A DNA stretch of 47,653 nt from Octopus bimaculoides (lineage: Eukaryota), in contig NC_068981.1 in NCBI RefSeq assembly GCF_001194135.2, positions 39,570,246-39,617,898 of the forward strand. The letters run 5' to 3'. A program made the translations under genes and the position numbers. This document shows, in pieces, positions 12,514 to 24,369 of the stretch. The notes beneath the pieces were generated by a model. That model worked only from the letters and a program-made list of their open reading frames with translations. It had not been told where the DNA came from and ran no database searches. Each line of letters opens with the position of its first letter. Positions within the stretch are counted from its first letter, which is position 1.

Positions 12514-14782
12514 AAAGAGACAGAAAAACACAATAAATATAGAGAGTGAAAGAAGCATATGCTTTATTAAATTACTAAGTATAGAATATTCTCTACATAA
12601 ATTTATCACATTCTACGTCAGAAGTATGAAAATATTTTATACTTTTAAATTATCAGAATTTCTTTCTAATGGTGAAATATGAAATTTTATCATGTATTAG
12701 AAGTTAATCTGCTAATAAATAAACATGGCTGTCAGTAAAATATCATAAAAGTGTTTTATATGACTTCAAAATTTAATAAAGAAGATAAGCAGTAAAAGAT
12801 GGATATAAAAAATCGATTTTACGAACTGTACCTATTGAATATCACATTATATCGAATTAAAGCCTTGCTACGTAATTACTTTAGAAACAAATACTGAAAA
12901 TTTGGAAAATGCAATATGCTCATCGCTGTTAATATAAACACAATAAATTGTCGAAAATGACATTTAGTTACTAAAGTAGTATTCATGTTATTTCACCTGT
13001 ATTTTTATGCAAAATGAAAACATGAAGCTATTTATTACTAAAATTCAGCTTATTTCCATTTTCATCTGGCGAGTAACACAAAATAGATATCAAATATATG
13101 ATAACGTGAGTCAGCAGCTCACTTTCGAGTACTGGTTTGAACGGTTTAACTTTCAGTAATACTGCACTTTTCAGAAATAAATAATTGACACATAATTATG
13201 CTTCACCATCTCAAAATGCGGTCTTTTAAGGAGCGTCCTTTCTAGCCTCTAAAAATTCTTACCCTCTGGATTGGGGTGCATCTCAAGAGAGTCTAGCAAT
13301 TGGTACTACATATTCGCACACTTCCCCAAGTACCATCAGTACATACATGGGGCTAACTACGCTATAAGATATCAATTTCTCATTAGCAGACCTTAAGTTC
13401 TTGGCAGCTTCCATCATATTTGACATGAAGTTTTATTATGCTGGTTATTTTTACTGTCATTCTACCTCTAAATGGAGAGAAACATAATGGAAAGCGTTTG
13501 AACATCCACGAAAAAAATTCTTCCAAGATTCATACAAAAAGAATGAAGATGCAGGGAATGCTTTCAGATTCTATGGATTTTTGATCAGGGAAAACGAATG
13601 TTAGGAAGAATAAAAGTGACTGTATATTGTAGTAGATGTACAAATTTAATCTTAAGCAATCGAAACTTCAGGAGTCGATTTCCAAACTCAGAGATAAGTT
13701 TGATATGGGGTATGACGTTTGAAGATATTTCAATTTCTCCAAATTGAATCAATGAGAACTCTTCGTGTGAAAATAATTATTTGAGAGATATTCACGAAAT
13801 TTCAGTTCTCAATACAATTACAAGTTTTTTCTCTACGTGCTTATACATAGCTGAGATTGTGTTTGACTTCATAAATATTATTCCAATCTAACGCCTAGTA
13901 TTGAATACATTCTTTTGCTTAACAGTGTTTAACACTATCTGACATTATCATCCAGTATGTTTGTGTATGTAAGTGTATGTGTGTATGTGCGTGCGTGTGT
14001 GAGTATGTATGTCTGCATGCTTATGTATGTAGGCATTTTTGCATATTATGCAAATGAGCGCGTATATATATGTATATAGATACATACATATGCGTTTATA
14101 TATTAACGTATTCACAAGCGGGAGCACAATAAGTATTATGTTGAAATTTCAAGTAGATTAAAAGATTCATATGAATCAAGTTCAGAACAATATTGCTACT
14201 GGAAGAGTGAGTCAATTGCATAACAATTTAGCTGTTGAGCACTTGCTTTGTTTGAACGTGAATCTATCTTCCTTTATGAGTTGCTATCTTTGCAAATGCT
14301 AGCAGTAAGACACATTGTTAAACGCTAAAAATAACAAACATTCATGCCGAAATATAATCATACGAGTAAAAATACAAAGGGAAACGGTATTTTATGCAAG
14401 ATGAATTCTTCAAATTTATAGCGAAAGTAAAATATGACGTTATAGTAAAAGTAAAATAAGATTCATGACTTTTCTAATAAATATTAGTATAAAACAGAGA
14501 TTTCAAACTGTTCAAACTAGAAGTTAAATCTGGATCACAGATTCGGTTCACTAAGAATCAACTGCCACGACTTACTGCCCATATTACATCATATATATGT
14601 ACTTGTTTGTATATATGTATGTATGCAAGTTTGTGTGTGTGCGTTTATATACGTATGTAAACAGCTAGCTGTGTAGCATGCAGGATCGGTAATCAAGTAA
14701 CGGGATACGTTCGATAATATAACTTAGTATCCCCATCTCTTTCTCCCTCAGTTTTCTGTTCGTTGTTTCCTCTTACCCGCCC

Positions 14783-14862
14783 GTATGTGTGTGTGTGTAT
14801 GCGTGTGTGTGCGTGCGCGTGTCTATGCATACGTATATGCATAAAGGTACATAAATACAAGA

Positions 14863-14925
<63 letters not shown>

Positions 14926-14974
14926 TACATATTTATGTATGTATACAAGTGTATATAATATATATATATATGTC

Positions 14975-15008
<34 letters not shown>
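14783..15008. repeat. Compound (TG)/(TA)/(GA) microsatellite
   Basis: Direct inspection. Confidence 0.9.
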
Positions 15009-15011
<3 letters not shown>

Positions 15012-15739
15012 TGAGCAATGCTATTAATATTTCGATTTTGCTCTTCCATTCTTGTGAAGTCTCTCTGAACTATCTACATTATTCTCTTACTAAAACATTG
15101 TTTTATCTATGTAGAACATTTAAAGCAATCTTTTTTCTTTATGTCAGTTTCAGGAACAGACAGTTTAGTAGCGATATTTATAACGGGTGTTGCTGAATTT
15201 GTTCAAGTGCTAACAATATGCTGGAACAAGATTTGATGATTTTCAAAAGTAAAAGTCAGCTTCGTATCATAAAATCTTAAAATTGACAACTACTTACGTC
15301 TATGACTGTCTTGATCAATATCCCAAACCGAGATTACAAAACTGTATACTCGCCTATTATTCATTTTTAAACCAGTTCACATGAATGAGCTTTTACTCCA
15401 CGTATAAACTATCTGGAATGTTCATGAGTTCACTGATCGGAAGAAGTGTATTGTTCGAGATATATATACAGTTTTATTACATAGGAATTTCATAAATTTA
15501 TATTATGAATATCAATGTTAGCCTGCATTTATGGATGGAATTCCCAAATAGTATCGCGTGAATTATTTTCTGGTGATGACCTATTTTTTAAATATTATTA
15601 AACATAAACAGCAGAACAAAATCCCAATTTTATTATGTATATAATAACTAATGGACAATAAGAATGTTCATATGTTTATCTTAATAACAGTTATGGCTGT
15701 CAGCCAGTAATGTGAAATATTAAAATTATATAAATATAT

Positions 15740-15770
<31 letters not shown>

Positions 15771-16538
15771 NNNNNNNNNNNNNNNNNNNNNNNNNNNNNN
15801 NNNNNNNNNNNNNNNNNNNNNNNNNNNNNNNNNNNNNNNNNNNNNNNNNNNNNNNNNNNNNNNNNNNNNNNNNNNNNNNNNNNNNNNNNNNNNNNNNNNN
15901 NNNNNNNNNNNNNNNNNNNNNNNNNNNNNNNNNNNNNNNNNNNNNNNNNNNNNNNNNNNNNNNNNNNNNNNNNNNNNNNNNNNNNNNNNNNNNNNNNNNN
16001 NNNNNNNNNNNNNNNNNNNNNNNNNNNNNNNNNNNNNNNNNNNNNNNNNNNNNNNNNNNNNNNNNNNNNNNNNNNNNNNNNNNNNNNNNNNNNNNNNNNN
16101 NNNNNNNNNNNNNNNNNNNNNNNNNNNNNNNNNNNNNNNNNNNNNNNNNNNNNNNNNNNNNNNNNNNNNNNNNNNNNNNNNNNNNNNNNNNNNNNNNNNN
16201 NNNNNNNNNNNNNNNNNNNNNNNNNNNNNNNNNNNNNNNNNNNNNNNNNNNNNNNNNNNNNNNNNNNNNNNNNNNNNNNNNNNNNNNNNNNNNNNNNNNN
16301 NNNNNNNNNNNNNNNNNNNNNNNNNNNNNNNNNNNNNNNNNNNNNNNNNNNNNNNNNNNNNNNNNNNNNNNNNNNNNNNNNNNNNNNNNNNNNNNNNNNN
16401 NNNNNNNNNNNNNNNNNNNNNNNNNNNNNNNNNNNNNNNNNNNNNNNNNNNNNNNNNNNNNNNNNNNNNNNNNNNNNNNNNNNNNNNNNNNNNNNNNNNN
16501 NNNNNNNNNNNNNNNNNNNNNNNNNNNNNNNNNNNNNA
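15771..16538. other. Assembly gap (N) flanked by (TA)n
   Basis: N run. Other gaps: 18003-18339, 19093-19522, 21791-21903, 22891-22900, 23393-23695, 31434-31939. Confidence 1.
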
Positions 16539-16628
16539 TATATATATACATATATACACACACACACACACAAGTGAGTAGACAAACGAAAGAAGGGCAC
16601 TCAACAAATTTATAGCGAGTTACGTGTA

Positions 16629-17014
16629 TGGATCAAAACACTTTGATTCAAATTGCTCGGTACACTTGAGTTTCAAGCGTGATGGTAGTCTTCAGCCATT
16701 TTGAATTTGAACGACAGAAGTTGATTGTTATAACCGTAAATTGGGCTGCAATTGGTCGAGGAAATTCACATGATGTCGTGGTTTAATGTTGGCATCAGTC
16801 ACGGATTTCCTGTTCACCATGCGGTATTTTTCAATTAACTGTTACCGATGCCAACATCAAACCACGCGACCGCCTGACCTTCCTAGACCAATCGCAGCCC
16901 ACCTAACGGTAATAACAATCAACTTCTGTTATTCAAATTCAAAATGGCTGAAGACTAGCACCGCGCTTGAAACTCAAGAGTGCCAACAATTCTGAACCAA
17001 ACAATTTTGATCCA
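16629..17014. mobile_element. Foldback/MITE-like long inverted repeat (arms about 170 bp, spacer about 38 bp)
   Basis: 16629-16802 is the reverse complement of 16841-17014 at roughly 80% identity by eye, e.g. tagtcttcagccattttgaatttgaa vs ttcaaattcaaaatggctgaagacta. Confidence 0.8.
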
Positions 17015-17059
17015 CAAACACACACACACACCCACACCCACACACACACATACACACAC

Positions 17060-18002
17060 ACCTGCACCCACCCCGCCGTCTCTCGTCTCCCGTTTGCCCT
17101 CACCTACCACCCCACCACCCTACCTCTCCAGCGCACCATTCTCCGAGCCTTCCGGCGTCTCCTGTCCGACCCATCCACTTCATAATCTTCCCTAACCGAT
17201 CCCTCCCATCCTTCAAACGATCCCACAACCTACGAGACCTCTCGGTCCACAGCCTCTTCCCTAACCCAACCTCCCAACTCGGTTCGTTCTCCTTCTCCCG
17301 CCCACGCTGCCGCACTTGCTCTTACCTCTCCAACACCCTTCTCCTCACCGGCACCCATCATCGACCCTATCACATCACCGACTCCTTCACCTGCACTTCT
17401 ACCAATGTCATCTCCTGCATCTCCTGCTCTTTCTCTGCCCTTCTCTATACATCGGGCAAACTGAACGCCGCTTGGCTGACCGGTTCGCAGAACACCTCCA
17501 AAACATCCGCCTCGGCAATGACACCCCGGTCTCGCGCCATTTCCGCTCAACCGGTCACTCTTTGCAGCACCTGTCTGTGTTCGGATTGTCCTTGCACAGC
17601 GGCCATCCGGATTAATCTTCTCCCTTAGCTCCTTTGCGCCACATAGGGTCAATTCTCCTTCCCCTCCTCCCCTCTCCTCTCTCCTCCTCCCACCCACCTT
17701 TCTTCTCTCGTTCCAACTCCTACTCTCCTCTTTTCTCTTCACTCCTACCCACTTTCTCCGTTCTTCTACATCGTCACCATCCCATGGCTCACACCCACTC
17801 CCATATTCTCCACCTCTACCCCCACTCCCAGCCCTCTTCCACATGCACATACATACTCTCTTATACACACGCACGTACACCTTCGTTTTGGGATCACCAA
17901 TACATTACTTTATTATCTGTCTTCTTCCTCGCTCTCCTGTGTGGCCCCTCTGGCCAGCATTCGCTATGATAGATCGCTAGCCACTACACATTCATTATTT
18001 TC
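17060..18002 (+). mobile_element. Penelope-like element fragment: RT C-terminal tail, CxxC linker and GIY-YIG endonuclease (frameshifted), then pyrimidine-rich 3' region
   Basis: Stitched frames read LPFALTYHPTTLPLQRTILRAFRRLLSDP...FKRSHNLRD...RPRCRTC...FTCTSTNVISCISC / CPSLYIGQTERRLADRFAEHLQNI...PVSRHF. This is typical PLE GIY-YIG wording. Confidence 0.85.
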
Positions 18003-18361
18003 NNNNNNNNNNNNNNNNNNNNNNNNNNNNNNNNNNNNNNNNNNNNNNNNNNNNNNNNNNNNNNNNNNNNNNNNNNNNNNNNNNNNNNNNNNNNNNNNNN
18101 NNNNNNNNNNNNNNNNNNNNNNNNNNNNNNNNNNNNNNNNNNNNNNNNNNNNNNNNNNNNNNNNNNNNNNNNNNNNNNNNNNNNNNNNNNNNNNNNNNNN
18201 NNNNNNNNNNNNNNNNNNNNNNNNNNNNNNNNNNNNNNNNNNNNNNNNNNNNNNNNNNNNNNNNNNNNNNNNNNNNNNNNNNNNNNNNNNNNNNNNNNNN
18301 NNNNNNNNNNNNNNNNNNNNNNNNNNNNNNNNNNNNNNNATATATATATATATATATAATT

Positions 18362-19092
18362 ATAAAATCTGGTAATTAGTCATATATTAATTAATATCGA
18401 TTAATTATCAGGAGGCCAGCACATCTAAAGAATCAAAGAGATTCAGAAATATTATCTGCAATCTCAGGGGATTAAGGTACATTTTTTTAAAATAACGTCG
18501 ACCACTAACGTGGACAATTAATGTGCTAGAAATAGATCACATCTTGTGTCTATTAAGACCTAAATTGTTCTCAACATGAAATATAGCAGCATACCAAAAA
18601 CGTGAGCGGGCAAGACATTTAAAATCACCTAAAAAAGCATTATTAAACAGGAACTAGTTTCGGATTTAACAAATTCTTAGCATTTGTCTACTCCTCATCA
18701 GCCTGATTTGTAATTTAACCGCAATCATCAGAATTGTATACAGAGTTGCCCACCGCCATGGGTGCGCGTGCATATGGTTCTGCTAATTACAGCTTAATGG
18801 TAAAATTCAAAAGTCTTCGTTTTGGCGCGCTAATTCCAGGAATATATCCGCAGAAAATATTTACTGCGTCTTATATATTCAGTATGAGAACATGGGCAAT
18901 GGGTAAAATATTATCATAAAATCTGGGAATTAGTCATATATTAATTAATATCGATTAATTATCAGGAGGCCAGCACATCTAAAGAATCAAAGAGATTCAG
19001 AAGTTTTTGGTATGCTGCTATATTTCATGTTGAGAACAATTTAAGTCTTAATAGACACAAGATGTGATCTATTTCTAGCGCATTAATTGTCC
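18362..19092 (-). mobile_element. PLE-like terminal region with direct plus inverted duplication, carrying a hammerhead motif
   Basis: 18362-18448 repeats directly at 18916-19002. 19003-19092 is the reverse complement of 18512-18601. HHR at 18648-18705 (minus). Confidence 0.6.
18648..18705 (-). ncRNA. Type I hammerhead ribozyme motif with canonical core
   Basis: Minus strand: CAGG-CUGAUGA-GGA[gua gacaaau gcuaaga auuuguu aaa]UCC-GAAAC-UA-GUU/CCUG. Stem I CAGG:CCUG, stem II GGA:UCC, palindromic stem III (AACUAGUU), predicted cleavage after GUU. Confidence 0.75.
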
Positions 19093-19522
19093 NNNNNNNN
19101 NNNNNNNNNNNNNNNNNNNNNNNNNNNNNNNNNNNNNNNNNNNNNNNNNNNNNNNNNNNNNNNNNNNNNNNNNNNNNNNNNNNNNNNNNNNNNNNNNNNN
19201 NNNNNNNNNNNNNNNNNNNNNNNNNNNNNNNNNNNNNNNNNNNNNNNNNNNNNNNNNNNNNNNNNNNNNNNNNNNNNNNNNNNNNNNNNNNNNNNNNNNN
19301 NNNNNNNNNNNNNNNNNNNNNNNNNNNNNNNNNNNNNNNNNNNNNNNNNNNNNNNNNNNNNNNNNNNNNNNNNNNNNNNNNNNNNNNNNNNNNNNNNNNN
19401 NNNNNNNNNNNNNNNNNNNNNNNNNNNNNNNNNNNNNNNNNNNNNNNNNNNNNNNNNNNNNNNNNNNNNNNNNNNNNNNNNNNNNNNNNNNNNNNNNNNN
19501 NNNNNNNNNNNNNNNNNNNNNN

Positions 19523-19568
<46 letters not shown>

Positions 19569-20077
19569 GACAAGAATTCCCTCGTGAGTTTGAAATCGAG
19601 CACAAAATATATACCATCGATATAACAAAAAAGGTGGGTTGAAAAAATTTTGATTAATTAAATTTATTCATGCGATGTATAGACTCAACTCCAATATGTG
19701 TCATAATTCCTGTTTAAATATGTCATAATTCCAAGAAAATCATGTCACGAACGTTCTCTCTTGCTTACTGGTTTTCGAATTTCATCAGAAACAGCTCTTA
19801 TCAAATTCCTAACAAATTTAGTCGAACTTTTCAATTCACTATATGTGAAACCAAGCCGTGTGTCTAATCATTATATAGACCGTTCCTCAGTGGCACTTGT
19901 ATCAGCTACGTTAACATTTGTAATTACATTCAAAACATTTTTCTATATCTACATACTGATAGCTTGGCTGTATTGCCTACTGAGCTGAATATTCCCAGGT
20001 ATGTCAGTCTCATGATATCGGAACATTTTCATTGCTTTCACTAAGTTCTCGTTAAAAACAATATTTACAAACATTAA

Positions 20078-20287
20078 GGCGGCGAGCTAGCAGAAACGTT
20101 AGCATGCCGGTCGAAATGCTTAGCGGTATTTCGTCTATCTTTACGTTGAGTTCAAATTCCGCCGAGGTTGGCTTTGCCTTTCATCCTTTCAGGGTTGATA
20201 AATTAAGTACCAGTTGCGTATTGGCGTCGATCTAATCGACTGTCCACCTTCCCACAAATTTCGGGCCTTGTGCCTAGAGCAGAAAGG
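20078..20287 (+). mobile_element. tRNA-derived SINE (family B) with perfect 16-bp target-site duplication
   Basis: ggcggcgagctagcagaaacgttagc...gagttcaaattccgccgagg...; aatatttacaaacatt at 20060-20075 and 20288-20303. Confidence 0.92.
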
Positions 20288-21059
20288 AATATTTACAAAC
20301 ATTTGTATCATTTTCAGTTTCAAACCTTCCGGAATGCACCTCGAAGTTTATTTTGTTGTAAAGAAAGCAGCCTGTCTCAGTTTCTCTCCTGAAAGAAATT
20401 GTTTGGCTACAGTAGGTTCATATAATATAATAGCTGTAAGACAGTGTTTCGATTAAATATAGATGATACAAAACATTTTATTATGATCAAACACACTGCC
20501 CAGTTTAAAGTCGTGCATATGCAGTTTGGTATTTTTAAAACAGTTCTCTCAGTCTCAAACAATAAACTTGGACTCCCGTTTGAAGAGAGGAAATAGTAGT
20601 AACTCTGCTTCCTATCTTCAACTTCTACTTACACCGTCGTTAATAGTCATAAGACAGAGACGACGGCTTGTTGCCAGAGGCTACTCCTAAATGTCAAGAT
20701 TGGTAACTAATTCCTGGGAAGCCTGCTTGTGCATAAACATGAATTTTGTTTTCTTCAGTTTCTGACACTTTAGTTCGCTCCTCTTTGCTACGATAATCCA
20801 AAAGAGATTGCTTACAATAATCCTAAAGAGATTTGGTTCCCCACGCCTGAATCGAGTTTACTCTTTGATTACAAGAATATCAAAATAAAAGGAATAATTG
20901 AAAACAGTCCAAAAGTGAAATCTTCGAGCATTTTACTTATTTGCTGATCACACTATTATTCTCAGAGAGAACGTATCTACACTACTGTCAGTAAAGTAGA
21001 TATATTATTACATAGTTTAAACAAAATAATTTTATTCACTTCCAAATAATATACTCTAC

Positions 21060-21500
21060 AAGGCAACTTAGGAATTACAGCCTTGGGTATACAAACAATC
21101 GTTATACAACAAACATACAACAAACATCATAGATGTCAAAGCCAACCTACAAATTAAATGCCAGCATCAGAAGACATCAAATGCAAACAGCTATTACATT
21201 CAACTACATAAATATTCTCCCCTGCACTCAGGGCACTAAAATATTGTACGATACATGCGCACATGTAGAAGATAGGATAGAGAAGAAAAATGGCACACAT
21301 GTATATGTAAACACGGGTACCATATGCGTGGAAGCAATACATTTGACCACTTTTGGTTAAATCATTCCACGACACATCACAATAAACTATAAAGAATATT
21401 ATCTGTAATACGCATCATCATAGGACTATACAACATTCGAACTGTATAAATTGTTGTCTCAGCACACTCCTGTCCCAAGCATTAGATGCTCAATGATCCA
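21060..21500 (+). mobile_element. Possible decayed LINE RT remnant
   Basis: CA-rich + strand with fragments such as TKIL-YDTC and IRIIIG resembling the LINE RT thumb region; heavily degraded. Confidence 0.3.
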
Positions 21501-21502
21501 AG

Positions 21503-21505
<3 letters not shown>

Positions 21506-21544
<39 letters not shown>

Positions 21545-21553
21545 GCGCGCGCG

Positions 21554-21593
<40 letters not shown>
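21506..21593. repeat. (CA)n-(CG)n-(CA)n alternating purine-pyrimidine tract
   Basis: Direct inspection. Confidence 0.95.
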
Positions 21594-21594
<1 letters not shown>

Positions 21595-21780
21595 CGTTGA
21601 AATTTACAGAAAAACTAAAGACGAAGACAACTATGCAAACAACAAGCAGGTGTATTAGTTTAGCGCTCGGGAAGGTGAGAAAGTATTTTATGATTCGAGC
21701 CTACGCTCTTCAGCAGAAAGGAACACGAGGAAATAAACAGAGAGAGAATAAAAAATAAAACATTTGGAGTCACCGGTCAA
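21594..21780 (-). mobile_element. Short PLE-LTR-like repeat (family C) with degenerate HHR-like motif
   Basis: Reverse complement ttgaccggtgact...cctttctgctgaagagcgtaggctcgaatcataaaatactttc...ttcccgagcgctaaactaata is colinear with 25701-25890. Confidence 0.65.
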
Positions 21781-21903
21781 TCATGGTATANNNNNNNNNN
21801 NNNNNNNNNNNNNNNNNNNNNNNNNNNNNNNNNNNNNNNNNNNNNNNNNNNNNNNNNNNNNNNNNNNNNNNNNNNNNNNNNNNNNNNNNNNNNNNNNNNN
21901 NNN

Positions 21904-21940
<37 letters not shown>

Positions 21941-22849
21941 TGCTAGGCCTGCAGCAACAGTATCCTATGAACATAGAAACAAAACAATAAAATGCATGCA
22001 TACAACGCTATTAACAGGACCTGCAGTTTTAGTACTTAGATTTACACCAGTGAAGTGGAATATAGAAGATCATCCGGTGTCATGTTGGGTCCTGTGACAT
22101 TTTGCTCATCTGTGACATAATATCAGAAGGTTCATCAACATTTGCTGACGTTCAACAACAGACTGAACAGAGAAAAGCATAGAGCATACTCAAACAGCAA
22201 CACAGCACCACATACAGTTTACCACTATTTTATCAGAATGTGAAGACTGGTCCCTAAATTGGTGGTAGGGTATATCCGGTTGTTTGGAACACTTACTTGT
22301 TTAGGCCAAATATCTAACTATGTCTGCTGTTGTCAATATCATATATCTGTAATCTGAGTACTCCTATTACCAAAATGAATACCAGAAACATGAAGAATAA
22401 TACTCATCAGTAACAAAAACAGCGCCAAGTTGGATCCATATACAGCACATATAGCAAACACTTTGATTCAAACTGAAGTCATAAAAGTTTAGAATTTAGT
22501 AACAACTTCACGCGAAATGTTTCCCATTGCTATTAATTGACTTCTTAAGAAGTGCTGTTCTACGTTACTCGAGAAGTATGTAAGCAATCACGTTTTGGTC
22601 TGTGATATTAAGTTATAGGAAATATAAAGTAACGAGCACACTTGACCAATTCAACGCAGAAAGACTGATTGAATTACTCCATTGAAATCATATATGCATT
22701 GTAGTTGTGTATCTCCAGATACAGCATATATAATTATGCATGTATACAATGATACATGCACACACGCATGCCATCATACAGGGATTCATATATAAGAATA
22801 TATATGTATATTTGTATGTATGCGTATATATATGTGTATATGTGTCTGT

Positions 22850-22890
<41 letters not shown>

Positions 22891-22900
22891 NNNNNNNNNN

Positions 22901-24369
22901 CAAGAAAGTTTTTGCGGTTTTTAACCTTTAAATTCAGATGCACATATCTCCGCTCAAACAAAAGTTTATTAATCGAAATAAACACCATCAGAATCAACAC
23001 ACTTTTGCCAACCCGAAACAAGTTTATTTATGCCAGTAGTTTAAAAATCCTGCGTTCTGATGGCGATGAAGTCGTTGAAGGTGTGTTTGGCATCACGCAG
23101 GAAGTTGTCTAGATGCTTGAAAAAGTGGTAGTCGGTAGGCGAGAGGTCTGGTGAGTATGGCGGATGAAGCAGAGTTTCATAGCCCAATTCGTTCAACTTC
23201 TGCAGGGTCAGCTGCGCGACGTGCGGCCGAGCGTTGTCGTGGAGAAGAATTGGTCCTTTTTTATTGACCAATGCTGGCTGTTGTTGTCGGAGTTTCTTAT
23301 GCATTTCATCCATCCGCTGACAGGACTTCACCGTAATGGTTTCGCCTGGATTCAAAAAGCTGTGAAGGATGAGACCGGCCGCAGACCACCGANNNNNNNN
23401 NNNNNNNNNNNNNNNNNNNNNNNNNNNNNNNNNNNNNNNNNNNNNNNNNNNNNNNNNNNNNNNNNNNNNNNNNNNNNNNNNNNNNNNNNNNNNNNNNNNN
23501 NNNNNNNNNNNNNNNNNNNNNNNNNNNNNNNNNNNNNNNNNNNNNNNNNNNNNNNNNNNNNNNNNNNNNNNNNNNNNNNNNNNNNNNNNNNNNNNNNNNN
23601 NNNNNNNNNNNNNNNNNNNNNNNNNNNNNNNNNNNNNNNNNNNNNNNNNNNNNNNNNNNNNNNNNNNNNNNNNNNNNNNNNNNNNNNNNNNNNNNGAATC
23701 CACTTTTCATCGCAAGTCACAATCCGGTCGAGAAGCGGGACGTTCTTGTTGCGTAAAAGTAGGTAAGACGTCTCTTCAAAACGGCGTTTTTATTTTTTTT
23801 GGTTGTCGTTGAATTCGTGCGGCACCCATTTCTGAAGTATCTTTGTTTTTCCACTCTCTTTCAAGTGGTTGGAAATTGTCGTATACGTTACGTCTAATTC
23901 AGAAGCAAGCTCTCGAACAGTTGTGCGTGGATTGGCTTCGACTAAGGCTCTTAGTTGTCAACATCCGATGGCCGTTGTCAACATCTGATGGCCGACCAGT
24001 ACGCTTATCATCTTCAAGACTCTCGTCACCGCTACGAAATTTCTTGAACCACCATTGTGCTGTACGTTCATTAGTAGTTCCTGGACCAATCGCATTGTTG
24101 ATATCGCGAGCTGTTTCAGCAGCTTTTCGGCCTAGCTTGAACTGGAACAAGAAAATTGTGCGAATTTGCTTTTTGTCCATGTTGTATTAAACGTTCCGGA
24201 AAAAATGGTCTAATTATTCAAAAAGAGAAAGAGTAACACGATTAGATAGAGCGAAAAACGGGCTTTAAAATGATATATAAAGTCAAAGTAATTTAACGAA
24301 AATTAATTTGAAAATACATCATTTAAAACCAAAATTAAAAATTCCGCAAGAATTTCCTTGACAACCTAA
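22901..24369 (-). mobile_element. Mariner DNA transposon, Hsmar1/cecropia-subfamily-like, inactive
   Basis: Right TIR reads ttaggttgtcaaggaaattcttgcggaattttt on the minus strand, with TA at 24370-24371. The left TIR remnant caagaaagtttttgcggttttt follows the 10-N gap. Transposase remnants lie inside. Confidence 0.95.
22969..24180 (-). pseudogene. Mariner transposase pseudogene (DD34D)
   Basis: MDKKQIRTIFLFQFKLGRKAAETARDINN...WWFKKFRSGDESLED..GRP; WVPHEF at 23811-23828; TCDEKW; HDNARPH; YSPDLSPTDYHFF; C-terminus WQKCVDSDGVYFD*. Disrupted by a 20-bp duplication, in-frame stops and an N gap. Confidence 0.95.

Noticed and set aside
13250-13430. Minus-strand 47-codon ORF near a G/GTAAGA donor
   Set aside because: The ORF stops before the donor and has no recognisable motif.
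15668-16607. Long ORFs spanning N runs (also 17941-18375, 19025-19628, 21764-22097, 31291-32028)
   Set aside because: Length comes from X residues in assembly gaps.
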